The notes under the pieces were generated by a model. The model saw only the letters and a list, made by a program, of their open reading frames with translations. It did not search any database and was not told where the DNA came from. Position numbers and translations under genes: made by a program. A stretch of 54,622 nucleotides of DNA, filler included, from Sluysia triapertura (taxonomy: Eukaryota), in NCBI GenBank assembly GCA_046118255.1. It is 4 parts of 4 records of this genome, joined end to end, with 100 filler letters (N's around TTAATTAATTAA, not from the genome) between each part and the next. Parts side by side here need not be neighbours in the genome. Positions count along the whole stretch, not along the records: positions 30,536 to 42,171 come from JBJNIA010182624.1; positions 42,272 to 54,622 come from JBJNIA010117195.1; 2 more parts are not named here. One strand, written 5' to 3'. Numbering within the stretch: the first letter of the stretch is position 1; each line of letters opens with the position of its first letter. Of this stretch, positions 37,995 through 51,960 are shown in pieces.

Positions 37995-40559
37995 TGCCAA
38001 ATTGTACTTTATAAAATACGAAAAGATTATTTTTGTCATTAAATATATTAAAAATATTTTGTAATTGAAATGTTCTTTTAATTATTTATCACTTTTATGC
38101 TATAAAGTTATTTCGTAATGTTGAGATTTATCGTTGAAGGCCATTTATGTGCAGTTGATGTTGTATGAAAACATTTGTATATTGACAAAGATATAATTGG
38201 ATGTTTACATAGTGATTATATTATATCGTCATTTTTATATTGTAATAAAATTATGGTTTTATACTAATTATGTATGAAGGAGGAAACAAAAAGGAATTAA
38301 ATGCTCTTTTAAAAGACTAATGGAAGTATCGGAAAGTAAGTATCGTGTCGAAGTAAGTTTGAGCAATCGATATAAGAGAAGATTGGCATATTAATTCGCA
38401 TGCCTGTGATATAAAACAATTGGAAATTATATAAAGTTTATAATAATGATCGTAATAGTTTAATAACTCATTATTTTTGAAATTTATCAACAAAATCATT
38501 TTCGATTTATATTTCGATAAAATATTAATTAAAATTTTAATTATGTCATAAGGTAGAACTTATATTTACTAATTAAATTCAAAATTTTATTATTTAAGAA
38601 TTTATTGATGCATTTATTCAATATTGGATTATGACATTAATAGTTCAATAATAAACGCATGACGATATATACAATAAGTAAAATGTAATAAAATATTGAT
38701 TATATTTGAAAGGTTTGTTGCTGTTGTAGTTGGAAAGGACATGTTTATTGATTGTTATACTATTCGTTTAATAACAAATTATTGATAAATTTATCATCAG
38801 TTTGAAGTACTTTGTTACAAACCACATAATTCTTAACTGTATCTAAACGGAGAAGTGGAGTGTTTGGTATTTCAAATATCGCTTTGAATTAACTTAATGA
38901 CAATTTCGGATTTTCCTTAATCTTTATCTTCTGTCCATCATCTCGATCCTTTTCTGTGAAATTAACAGATTGTTTATGTATATTTTATGTATATGTATAT
39001 GTATATGTTTATATATAATTTATTTCTATTCTAAATCTTTAACGAATAATCATTCATTTTATTATTTCGGTAACTATTTCAATATTTTCTAGGTGGTTTT
39101 ATCTATCATTTCAGATAAATAATTAAGAAAATATCTATTATTCAATTCTGCTATCTTTTTTTGTATCCTTAAACTAGTTTTTTGTAATCTTTGCTTTTAT
39201 CAGTTACATTTTCAATATAGTTTGTAGAATCATTTAGTTTTACAAGAAATTTTATTCTCTTACATTTATTTTGAAGTTTAAGGATTTTGTGATGAACTGT
39301 TTAAATGTGTGATGTTAAATTGGTGAATCAAATTTTATCTGCATTCGCAAATTTAAAACTCAACCAAACATGTAACACCTTCAAACTCTAAAATAACCTT
39401 TTAAATCGAAAGTAATATGATAATGAAATTTTTCTAAAAGTAAACCTTGTAATTATGTCAAATATAGAAGTTGATATCAATTCAGAGATAATAAAATTAC
39501 ATATTTATATTTTTATTTACTTTGAAATTGAAATTAAGGTCATCAAATATAATGTATTTGCGTTAATTAATAGTAATAAACCAAATAAAACATAAAACAA
39601 AATAAGATTTACATAGAAATATGTAAGCTAACTTAAAAATTGTCTTTGTCTATTTGAATTAAGTTGAATCTATAAGTTGTTCTACAATAACTCTGTCTAA
39701 CTACTACTGTTGCTTAGTTTGTGTTATTTATTTGTTCTTTTTCGATCTTTAGAAACGTTTTTGTTTGCTTATTTTTTGCAAATTTTTGTCTTCTGTCGAT
39801 TGGTCATTCAAAGCATTTACTATGTACTTTTAAGAGTTTGAAGTAAGAAATTAGTTAGTTAGTTGGAGTAAGAGTTAGTAGTAAGTAAGTAAATTGCATT
39901 TAATAATTTATATTATTTATCTATCTTATTTTTGTCCTGTTTTTCTGCAAAAATATGATTGCTTATACAGCAGTTTTATGATCTTTTTGGGAAATTGAAC
40001 AAGAGAAATTAAAACAGTTCATTCCTTTTAATCGGTGACTAGCCGACAAATTTTACTGAATAAATTTCGACAGGAATTTCTGCCTGTGTCCAGTTTCATT
40101 ATCTTTTTAATTATATAAAGATAATGGGATTTGTGGTAACATTTAATTTCATTATTATATAGCTATTCTCTCTTTGGAGTATTGTAAGGTTTAGTTGATT
40201 TATTTATATGAAAAATTTGGATCTTTATAATGCCGATTTTTATATTAACTTTGTAAACTTTCTTATAAAAAATCAGTAATTTAAATTCAATTTCATTATA
40301 TAACTTTAACTTTAAAATTACAACATAAAAAGATACAAATGTTAAAATGTATTTATTTTGATCAAAACTAAAAGTGGTACTAAAGGTAAAGATATTGGGC
40401 GAAATGCTTGTCTGATAACACGTTGTCTCTTTCTCAGATTGTAGACTCCTAGAATACAAAGAATAAAAATTAAGTAATGGTTGAATATTAAAAATTATAA
40501 TTATTTTAGAATTGATGTCATTCGAGCATTTAATGAATCGAGTCTTATTGCCAATTTCA

Positions 40560-41619
40560 TTGTGATTCTCCTTATTTATTGGATTGTTCATTTTACCGAC
40601 ATCGAGGATGGTTTTTACAAGACTTTGTACACGTTGCAAATGGTCGTGGATGAGAATTAAATTAGTGCTAGTATAATTGATTTGATCAACAGTATGATAG
40701 TACTTGCATGATAGACTTGATGCATCACCCTGTCTCGTTGGACTGGAATGGGAATTGTAATGATCTGATTGCGTTATTATTATCTTGATATGAGATGAAT
40801 TTGTTTATCGATATAGTTTTTAACGAATTCTGAAAATGGTAAAAAAATCGAACTAAATCATTGACCTGTATTACTGATCATGTTGATGTGTCCAGGTAAT
40901 ACTTGTTGAAAAATATGTGATACTAATTTTGGTCAATTCATTTATATTTTCATCGGTAAAATGAGACGGTAATCCTTTCAAGCATAATTTTATTTTTCCA
41001 ACAATTCTCGAATCATTAGTTAATATAAATTTATTGCCGGCACCCCGCCTATTCAGTTGTTCCATCACTAATAATTTTATCATTTTTTGTCAAATTTCTA
41101 TTTAGAATCAAAATAGAAATGTTTTGATTATCAGTTGATACATGAATTCATTATCTCTACCTCTGTGTAAATAACTTTAACTTTACCTTTAATTAACATA
41201 TGATTACCATCATTACCATCTTTATCTACTGAAACATCATCGATATTGACATCTCTTCTATCTATTACTGGTTGCAAAAATCTTGTATAGGTAAGTATCC
41301 AACTTGAGTATTCTGGAGAATAGTATTTAATTTCAAATGATGCTGTCGTCTTAATGACCGAATGATTTGAATCAACGAGAATTTCATGACACACAAATGT
41401 GCTTCCTTCTATTAGCTTTTGTAAACTAATAGTAATACTTCAAATCATTTTATTTTTTAAATATAGCCTCATTTCTAAAATATTAAATGCGCCTAATTTT
41501 CGTTAAAATCAATTCTATTATGACCTCGCATTATTCTAGTGGATCTTTCAAATTTTCTTGAACCTGTCACATCTTCCTTTTAAGTTTTCAACACTCCACA
41601 AATGAAATATTAGTGCCAT
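40560..41619 (-). pseudogene. Intronless frameshifted orphan coding region, possibly an RPA70/DUF223-like OB-fold protein
   Basis: Consecutive same-strand ORF pieces (41131-41394, 40871-41083, ~40560-40790). LIEGSTFVCHEILVDSNHSVIKTTASFEIKY and IDDV...HMLIKGKVKVI resemble OB-fold strands. Weak, by-eye call. Confidence 0.3.
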
Positions 41620-42076
41620 ATTCGAAAAAATAATGCCAAAAAACAAAAATTTAGGTTTTATTATTTTTATATAAGTAAGTTATATTTTATAATTTTTTAA
41701 TAATTACGTTGGCTCTAACTTTATATAACAAAATGTTATACATAGTATAACCAATGAAATTTCTTTAAAATCTTTTTAATTTTTAACGAACTATATTACG
41801 ATATCATTGCCGATTGGACGTCCAATCCCAACAAGTAAAATCACAATGCTGAGGTAGACTTGATTGGACGCAAAATCAACGTAAATAAGGTTGTAAGTAT
41901 GTATGCTTGTCACCGTGCTGCTAAAAAGAATTGGCGTACATAAATGGTGACAAGCAAAAAAATATCATGCGCTTGGAAACTGTCATCAATCGATAATTTA
42001 TACGAAATACTGAATTAATTTAATTGAATTACTGTCGATTAATGACAGAATGTAATAATTAAATTGTAGTTTATAA

Positions 42077-42171
42077 CAGGGCTTCTTAAACTGGGGGTCG
42101 CGAGACTACTGAAAGGGGGTCGCAAAGATCTGATACTTTTCAATCATTATAAATAAAATTTTAAAATTAGT
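42077..42171 (+). mobile_element. hAT-type element terminus running into the gap
   Basis: CAGGGCTTCTTAAACTGGGGGTCGCGA...GGGGGTCGC: CAG..TTCT.AA.CT terminus and duplicated GGGGTCGC subterminal motif, typical of Charlie/Buster-like hATs. Confidence 0.6.
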
Positions 42172-42271
42172 NNNNNNNNNNNNNNNNNNNNNNNNNNNNN
42201 NNNNNNNNNNNNNNNTTAATTAATTAANNNNNNNNNNNNNNNNNNNNNNNNNNNNNNNNNNNNNNNNNNNN
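42172..42271. other. Assembly gap with artificial six-frame-stop linker
   Basis: 44 N + TTAATTAATTAA + 44 N. Confidence 0.97.
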
Positions 42272-44269
42272 GAAAGTATTAACAATTATGAAATATTCTG
42301 AAGAGTGATTTTGTTGTGTATTGTTGAAATAAAATTTTTAAAATATTGAGTTGCCCGCCACAACCTTGTGTAGTAGTTTAATGCTACTAGTAAAATCTAA
42401 TTTTAATATTTTATTAATATTTGATTTGTATCCTTTTTATCATTTTGGAAGAAATAAAAGATATATAAGAATAAGGCAGAAAATGTAATGGGTAAAGATA
42501 TTAATATTAAATAAAAATATTATAAATTAATAATATTAATGTTAAAAGATAAAATTTAAACAAATTAATAACTTACTAAACATTAAATTTAATCAAATTT
42601 AGATCCGGTATCATTAAAGTAACGGATATCCTTGCATCTTATTGAACATTTGGCGATTAACGACAACTTTGTAAATTGGAGGCTATTGTTGGTTTATAAA
42701 GAAAAATATTTTGCACTAATAATAATTGCGTAAGTTTTTTGATATTAAAATTGATAACCTCTGACTTAAACTATTTGACATTTTAAGCTAGCTTAAGCTA
42801 AGTAAAAAATCAATGAAATCAATTGATTAACAGTAGGTTCAAGTCTTACTGATTTCTTATATAAAGGGTTCAGGTGAGTAATGAGTACATTAATAATAAA
42901 AACATTGAACAATCAATAGTATTCAAGACCGTGAATCTAAGAATCAAAGACCCTCCTATAAATTTAAAATATTTAATTCCTATAAATATGTATTTCGAAC
43001 GAGTGTAAATCATACATCACAGGCTGATCCAGTTCATCACTAAATTAATTTTGCAAGAGTACAAGTTAAAGTCATGCAAATATTAAAGGCAGGCGATTGA
43101 AATTAAGTCGTGAGTGATAAATTTAACGTTGTAGAAACAAAAAGATTAAAAAACAGTGCAATTTTTATAAATAAATCATTCAGTATTATTACGTTGACTT
43201 TAATCAAAATAGTTTCGTTGATAAAAGTATAAAGATTGTCAGGGTCAAATAATATGTTACAGTAATGATAATCGTAATAATAATATAATAAATAAAAGTA
43301 ATATAATAAGAGAGTAACGCCCATTTACAATTTTCAAAAAAATTAATGAATAAATGAATAATTTAATATTATGGCATAACGTCCATGGAGCTTTTATAAA
43401 AACAAATAATAAAAGAACTAATTTTATGGTGTTACGCCCATGGTCAAAACGAAATATATAAAGCGTTTAAAACGCTATAAATGCACAACCAATAACCACA
43501 CGAGCAAACGAGAGAAAATTAAAAAAGATATCATCGAGACGCATTAAATATTAAATTAATCAATTTAACATTGCACTACCGATACAATAATATTTTGAAG
43601 ATATTCAAAAGGAAAATTTCTAAATCAAGGAATAACCGATATCTTGAAACATACTAACAGCTTAATGAATCCAATATTACTTCATCATCGATACAATAAC
43701 ATTTGCAAATTATTAATAATCTGCAATTGTCATCGAAATTCTATGTATTTCCAAATTATTGATAGTTTAGTAAATCGTAACCATCTCCATAGATGAAAAA
43801 TTAGAATTCACAACAGATCAATCAACTCTGCAACAGCGGCGGCGTAAACATAACATGGTGAAATAAAAAATCACAAATTAACTGTTTTTACAATGGAATC
43901 ACCTTACAAAATATTTAAACTTTCTATTATTTCACCTAAAAATGATTAATGTTTTTCAAAATGGCGATTATGATACTAATATAAAAATTGTGGGAATGAA
44001 TAGTCAAATTTGTAATTGGAGACAATGGTTGAAAATGAATCAGTATTTATACTGAATTTCAACAAACCACGAACATTTATTTTGCTTATTTATTACTTAT
44101 TTACTTTCGTAGTAAGTAACTTTCAAAAATTATTACAAAATTCAAAATTTTAATTTTTAAAAAATTTATTTATTTGTATTATCTACTCACTTTAGTAAGT
44201 AGATAATATTTTATAAATATTTAATTATTATTATTATTGATTATTAACTATTATTAATCCTCAAATGAA

Positions 44270-45300
44270 GATGTGAGTGCCGAGTACCCAACATAGGGAA
44301 AAGTAACATGTACTCAGAAAACACAATCAATAATCCTGTAGAGGTTATTCCATAGGGATTTATGTCATCCACTATAGGTGGAGCCAAATAGTTAAGGAAT
44401 ATTTATTTTGCGTAAATGTAGATAAAACACCCGCAATATCCTACAAATTTGTAATTGAAATTTGTAATTTAGTGACTGAGTCACCACACTGCATAGCATT
44501 CTCGACATTAAATAATATAGAGGTGCCCGCAGTAGGTTGTAAATTACTATAATAATTACCCAAATAAGTAAAAGATTAAACGCTCGTAATGTATGTTATC
44601 ACTGTTGTTTAAAATCAAAAAAAATATATTGCACCTACTTTATGTCTAAAAATATTTAAAAACATCATTACAAGCACCAAAAATTAATCAAAAATAGCTT
44701 CAAAATAGTACAGAAGAAACCAGAAACTGATACGAAGAAAGAAAGTAAGAATCCATTACACTTCAAGCATCTACAAAAAATCTGCTTGATTTTGAACAGA
44801 CGCTACTGAAGATATAATTATGGAAAATAAATTTTCAATATTCATTGTCTGTGTCAAATATATTTTTTCAGCTTTAACTATTCTAAATATAATTACTTAG
44901 GATATTATTTTTATTTTATTATAATTGTTATTAATTATTATAATTATTATTATTACCTCATCATTACTTCAGAATATTAATAAAAATTATAAATTATCTA
45001 AAGAAATTCAAACTGATAAAAATTAAATAAATTACTGTAGAGGTAATATGCAAAACGAAACAACGTCCGTTTTATTTAACAACTACTGTTGATTATCATC
45101 GAATAAGTTCAACAATTATTACAAAATGGTGTTATACTCTAATTAAGCATTTTTTGTACAAAAAGAGTATGGTAAATATTTAGATTGCATTGATCATCAA
45201 ATTTCTAAAAGTTACTTTTATCAGATTCAATTCTGTGAATCAAAATATATCAATTATTGGATAGAAAAGACAGTTATCGAAAATTGATTATGATGAACAT
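44270..45300 (+). pseudogene. Possible Cys-rich mucin C-terminal relic (VWC- and cystine-knot-like pieces)
   Basis: CECRVP../KVTCTQKT near 44275-44325; tgtag|EVICKTKQRPFYL...KWCY and QFCESKYINYWIEKTVIEN*L* near 45041-45295. Fragmentary. Confidence 0.25.
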
Positions 45301-46636
45301 CACGAATCAAACTATACATTGACATTTGTTAGGACACGTTTTAATATAGTGTTATCACACATTGTTTAAATTAAATGTAATAAAGTTGAACTTATGCCAT
45401 TATCTTTTGGTGTTCGGAGATTTTTTTATACAAATTGTAATGACATTTCTGATAATATCAATGTCAATACGAACAATGTTAGAACCAATGTTTCTCTTGA
45501 AACGATAATGCAAATTATTGACAGTTTGTTCAAATATATCGTTGGATTGTTATCTTTAGTTTCTTCAATTGATTTTTTGTTTTATTCTTGTTTTTCTTTA
45601 AATGGCTAATTGACCCTCTAGTGGGTTCTATGAAATTAATAACTTTTGACCTACAGAAATATTGTATTATCATTTAAGATTAAAGGTCAATTTAGGCTTA
45701 AGGTCTCGAATATAAATAGTTAAATCATCGATTATTTTGTAATTGTAATAAAATTTTTTATTTATCTTTTGTTTATTAAAATTGCTCAACTGTAAGGTTA
45801 AACGTCGGCTTAAGGTCGTTAAAATGACTTTTAATACGAACAAAGTGTAAGTATAAAAAATTATTCATGTAAAAGTATAAATTATATTATTATTTACGTA
45901 TTTAATGCATAAAATTTGAAAAATGTAATTAGTTTAATAAAGTAGTTGTTATTTCATTATTATTATTATTTAAAAGTACAAAATAATATTAATATAGTAT
46001 TAGAGAAATCAAATTGTAAACGTGTAGTGCGTAATTATTTACATGATTGAAAAGCTAATAAATAAGGTCAATAACTTTACTTTCAAATTCAATATCTAAA
46101 ACGACGCATATATTTTAATTAGTTCATACATCAGTGATCTAATAATTGAAAGTGACAAAAAATTTTTCCATTCTTGGATAAAATTATAAATTTATTCGAT
46201 ACAATTAAATTAGCTATTACTGGAAAATATAATCATTAGAAAATATAATTGTCTAAAATTTGCTTTAGTTAATTATTTGCATAAGAATTATTTTTAAAAG
46301 AAAGAATAAAATTAACTAAAAATTTATATCATTTTAGTAAATACTTAATTGCTCATTTAAAATAGTGATAAATTTCAAATTTTGCATAAATTATCTGCAC
46401 GATAATTTTAATAAATTGTCATTGATTTTATATTATATAATAACATTATTTAAATTACAAAAGAACATTTATTATATAAATTGTATACAGCTATTCAATT
46501 TTATATTTATTGCTAATATATATAAGTAACTATTTGTATCATCAATTAAAATTGTTTACCTTGTTAACTTTGATTTATATTATTTTGTTTTTTGACATTT
46601 CGTTTTTGAAAAAGTAAACCTTTTTGATTAACAATT

Positions 46637-46903
46637 TGTAGTGAACTCCACACATACACAAGCCATCACAAATCAACATTCCATACACAATCAAAACACT
46701 AAACAAGTTACCTGATTCATTCAAGACAATCATAATGTACAATTATCATAAGTTATTGTTATCATAATTTCCATTGTAATAATAATTCTTATAATAATTT
46801 TATAATATCGCAATACTATCAACATCATCATATTAAAATACATAATAATTCTATTATAAATTTGATTCTATGATTGTTAACGTTATAACGTTATATCTTC
46901 ACA
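46637..46903 (+). repeat. LTR-like dispersed repeat, copy A
   Basis: Starts TGTAG and aligns by eye over ~200 nt with the reverse complement of 49190-49437 (e.g. TTCCATTGTAATAATAATTCTTATAATAATTT, TCAACATCATCATATTAAAATA). Confidence 0.65.
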
Positions 46904-47024
46904 ATTAATTTTCATTTTTATCACTTTCTTGTTTGTGTGATTGTATATAAATGTATATATGTTTGCACTGTTGAATGTATGTGTATCTCCTTCACTGTTT
47001 CTTTTATGTTTTATTACTTTATTT

Positions 47025-47345
47025 ACTTTATGTTGGATCATAACAGTATCAACAAGGAAAATTTAACGACTTATATTGAAGTAAATTATCCAAACTTATT
47101 AAGGGAAGAATTTTCAACCGATCACAACTCTACCTCTGTTCATTTTATTAACACAATACCTACCGAATCTTGTAAACTACGGCGTCGAGAGTTATCACAA
47201 GTTAGGGCACAAGCTGAACAAGAATTTCTCGATATGGAGAAACAAGGAATTTGCGACGATCTTCCTCGTCTTAGGCTGCTCCCCTACAAATTGTCGAAAA
47301 GGATGGATCAATTAGGACATAGGATGACTATCGTATGTTGAACGT
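47025..47345 (+). mobile_element. Ty3/Gypsy RT N-terminal fragment, same family as 35270-35955
   Basis: AQAEQEFLDMEKQGI / RRSSSS*AAPLQIVEKDGSIRT*DDYRMLN. The upstream LDHNSINKENLTTYIEVNYPNLL is homologous to LDHKYINEDNILTYLEQKYLDML of the other copy. Confidence 0.8.
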
Positions 47346-47959
47346 CTATTAGCTTTTTTTAGTAACATTTCACTTATTATTAATTAAACAGTTTTTTCAC
47401 TAATGGATAAAATTAAATTAAAACTCGGTTTAATTTAATAGCAGTTTTTCATGTTCTGTGTGAGGGCATGATAAATATTTTATTTATAATTTTCTCGAAA
47501 TTTATAACATTCGTTATAATTTATAACATACAATATTTTTTATATTTTCTGTTGTAGTTTCATAATAATTAAATTTTTTAACTAAATTAACCTTTAAAAT
47601 ATTAACGATAAACAAGTTGATCCTTTTATTTTTAAAAAATCCATCAATATAAAACCAATTAATGCATTATTTAAATGCCAAACATTTAAACGGTAAACAC
47701 TCTTCAAATTGTACAACATAATTGACGAAATTACAACATATTATATATTCGATTTAATACACTCTTTATCAATCTTTTCCTTTTTTAATTTAATTAAAAT
47801 AGTGTTGTCAATATTAATTGTAATAATGAGTGAAATTAAATAAATTAATGCTATAAATATACGTAATAATTGTATGGAAATTCATTATTCACATAATTTA
47901 ACATATTGTATTTATTTGTAATATAATGATAATCGACATAATGAAGTTCAAAAAAATAA

Positions 47960-50900
47960 AATTACTAATAAGTAAAACGCACCAATAATAAAACTAAATA
48001 CAGAATGCATTTTACTGAATTGACGCTAGACGTATACTTCAATTCAAGTAAGCATTTAAGCGAAGAAACTAGCATAATCATTACTGTCATATGATTCAGT
48101 GTCACATTAAACACTTCAAACGATTTCAAGTTATTTAAATTTTCATAAACAAATGAGCTATTTACTTTCATCATTTTGTTAAAGTAAATTTCACGAAAAT
48201 ATAATACCATATGCACAGCGTTTCACCTATATCGTTTATTGATAAATAATCGCTAAATTGGTTCTTTTTCAGTACGAACATTACCATGATAAGCAGATTA
48301 AACAAAGAGACTAATAAAGTCAGTAGATAAATATACATAATGTAACGTTATTGATTTTATTTTTTGAAAAGTTTAATTGATATTAATTTTTTATTATTTT
48401 TCTACAATTTCAGGTATCGAAGTAACGGTAGTAATGATAGTAGTAATAATTATAGTAATAATGATAGAAACAGTAAAAATTAAAATATTGCAATATTGGC
48501 CAAATTTTAACTACGAACTATTTTAAGTAGCCAAAATTTGAATAAAAATTAAAAATAATAATATTGGGAATATAATAATTCTTTTCTGCCATTTTAAAGA
48601 CTATTAAGATTATTAGTTATTACAAATACTTGCAATAATCCATCACAAATATCTAATAATACTAATTCAATTTCATAGCCGAAATAAAAATATAAATCAT
48701 AATCAGTAGAAAAAATAGTTGGGTTTTAGATTTTTCCACGTAGAAATAATATTTTTGGATCATGTAGTGGATAAATTTCCAATATCATATTACACATTAA
48801 ATAAGAAATATATCTTTCAATTATTTTTGATGGTGGGGGAATACTTCGTAAATAATTATCCATTAAAAAAATACATCACTTTGAGTAAAAAGAAATTCCA
48901 AGTGGCATAAAACCTAATTCTCAATCATTAGTAAATAATTTCATTTGATTCTTTTTATAAATAAATTTTGATAATCCCATTCTTTCAGCTTCATGTAAGA
49001 ATACGTTCTTTTAAATACAAAAATACTAATTTTCATTAGGAATATCAATATTTACAAGCATAAATCCGTAATGTGATAAATGACGAAAAAACTAGACACA
49101 TAAGTGTTAGTATGATATTTTAAGAACTAATTTAGGAATTTCAATTAGGTCAGTACAATCTATTTGAAACATTTAAGTAATAATAATATAATTATTATAT
49201 ATTTTAATATGATGATGTTGATTATATTGTGATATTGTTATAAGGATTATTTATGAAATTATTATAAGAATTATTATTACAATGGAATTTATAATAACAA
49301 TAACCATAACCGTGATAATTATGTACAATGATTGTCTGCTTTTGAATGAATCAAGTAATTTGTTTAGCGTTTTGTTAATGTAAGAAATGTTCGTATGTGA
49401 TGAAGTATGTTTGTAATTTTGATGTAATTTCCCTACACAGTTAATATAACTTAATAAAAAATTATTTATATTAATACCATTTTTGTAACAGTTCTTTCAA
49501 GAATAAATAAATTTCATAGCTTCAACATTTATAATATTAATAATAATAAATAATAATAAAAAATAATAAAAGTTACTATTGATAATAAATTAAATTTATT
49601 AAAACAAATATCCTTATAAAATAGATCGTACATAAATTTATACAAAGAACTAATATCGCGTTAATAGCGAAATTTAATACAAGATACAACTTCTTATTGA
49701 CCTCCGAAGCTCGCATTTTTATTTTTCGTTGACACCTAACTGCGTAAGACCAATATCGTAGGGAACTCATAAAATAATAAATAAATTATTTAAGTCACAA
49801 AAGTTCTCACAAAAACAAAAAACAAAATACATGAACACTATATTAAACAATAAAACAACGAGAATCAATGAATAAAATACCTTTTTAAAGAGAAGTGACA
49901 ATAAAACATATATTCTAAACAATTGACCGTTTGTAGTATTCAAATCATATTATAGTCATATTGTAATGTTGTAAAAATGTAAAAATATACCTTTGAAAAT
50001 GTATTATTAAATGTTCTTTTGAAAATAATATAATAATTAACATGAAATATTAATTTTAAATAGTTGTTATAAATTTGCTTATTATTATTAAAAGTTTTGA
50101 CAAGTATGTTTAGATATTTATGATTATGTGTGTTTATAATTATGTATATAATATAACTAATATACATAGAACAACTATTGGTAACTAAAATTACAACAAA
50201 ACTTCGGAAGTAAATTAAGTAATTTTTAAACATTGTTGTTTTGATGAAGATTTTTATAAAAAGCTTTGTTCATCAAAAGATATCTTATTTGCCTAAATAA
50301 ATTCGTTAGCTTATAAATTTGTTAAAATTTATTGTTTTATAAAAATAATAAATTTAACTCAAATTATTTAATTTCAAAATAAAAGGAAAATATAACGTTT
50401 TTATTGAATAAAAATTACAATTATCATTTGACAATTGAGTTAAATTAGAATAGGAATACCATTTGAGGAATTTTTTATTTTGTATTATTATACTTTCATT
50501 TGTAATTTTTGTATAAACATTAATATTAGTAATTGTTATTATTGATTTAATTATAAAACTTTTATAAAAACATTGTGATTTTTCGATTTAACTAATCTAA
50601 ATAAGATTAGAACCATTGCTAGACATACTAATTAATTAAAATCAAATTTACAAAATCAAAGAGAATAATTTTACATTTATAAACTAACACTAATAATTTC
50701 AAGATTCTTATAAATCGGATACTAATTAAAATATACACATACAAAATATTAACCTCGCTAAAAGCGGATTTATAATTTACTGAGCATATTAATCTTTGTG
50801 ACCTCCAATAAAGATCGCTGACACCTATGAATTGGCCCTTAACTGCGTAAGACCAATATCATAGGGGATTCACAAACAAGAAATAAAAAGTAATTAAATA

Positions 50901-51760
50901 AATCAAGTAAAATAAAAGTAAAATAATCCCACAATATGTTTATAAAGTTTGTTGTTTACTGTGTCAAAGCATAATATGATAGTTGATTTAGATGAGATAT
51001 TATGACAGAGTAATGTCATTATTATTATCACTAGAACTTTAAGTAACATGAAATTTAGAGATGAGGTGAATAAATCGTACATGAAATCCGATGATATTAT
51101 AAATATAGAGATGCATGAATAAGCCAAACAGGTAACAAATTCAAAATACTTCAATTTCGTTATTGGTTCTTTCGCCATAGAATTAGTTTGACAATAAATT
51201 TTATCTGTGCGATAATTATCGTATGTATCACAAGCGACATATTCATCTAATAATATTTTAGTAAAGTAAAAACATAGAAGAGAAAAGTTGTGATCATTTT
51301 TCTTTCATGTTTAATTAATGTAAACACAAATAGTATTAAATTTTCTTCATCAAAAGACGCATTTAATGTTAACGACATTTTTGTATCATTCGTAATATTT
51401 TTAATGATAACTTAAGTAGATTATCATGTGAACAACTGCAATGACATATTCACTTCTAGGTTTTTTTTATCAATGTCATATGCTATTATTGAAAGTGTTG
51501 TAGAATTATTATATGATTTAGTAGAATTAGTTTTAACTGAACGATAGTTTAACAATAACTGAAAATTCGGATTTACATGAATAGTTTCATAATCACAATA
51601 TAAATTAAATACTGACTGTTTGTAAATATTTGGAAAATCTACATTAAATGAATAATCATAATGACTCTGATTTGTTAAACCGTGTCCGAAATTTAGATTT
51701 CTACATATAACTGAAAAGTGACCATTCCAAATTATAAATAGATATATTTTTATTAGCTTA
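47960..51760 (-). pseudogene. Relics of an SRCR-like plus multi-pass membrane (possibly secretin/adhesion-GPCR-like) gene, at least partly duplicated
   Basis: WNGHFSVICRNLNFGHG (cf. SRCR VVCRQLGFG) at ~51680-51728 and hydrophobic segments in 50903-51178, 49576-49770 and 48200-48330. A duplicated segment encodes YWSYAV at ~49740 and ~50845. Many stops. Confidence 0.3.
49190..49437 (-). repeat. LTR-like dispersed repeat, copy B (inverted relative to A)
   Basis: Reverse complement starts TGTAGGGAAA; homologous to 46637-46850. Confidence 0.65.
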
Positions 51761-51960
51761 ACAAAAAGTCAATATTTTAAATTCAATTTCAATTTTTAAT
51801 TTTTAATTCTTTATTTATCGAAGTAATTAAAAATTACTAAAACATTATTCAAGTTTTATAACACAACGAAAATTATACTTTAAGTTTTGAAGAATTTAAC
51901 CAACTAAGTCATGAAAAATTATGTTGGTAATTAATCGCTTTAGTAAAATTTAATTCAATT

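Noticed and set aside
33570-45300. Stop-codon reassignment or selenocysteine explaining in-frame TAA/TGA in relics (e.g. IEN*L*)
   Set aside because: The long BET and SEA exons have no in-frame stops and the relics also carry frameshifts; ordinary decay is sufficient.
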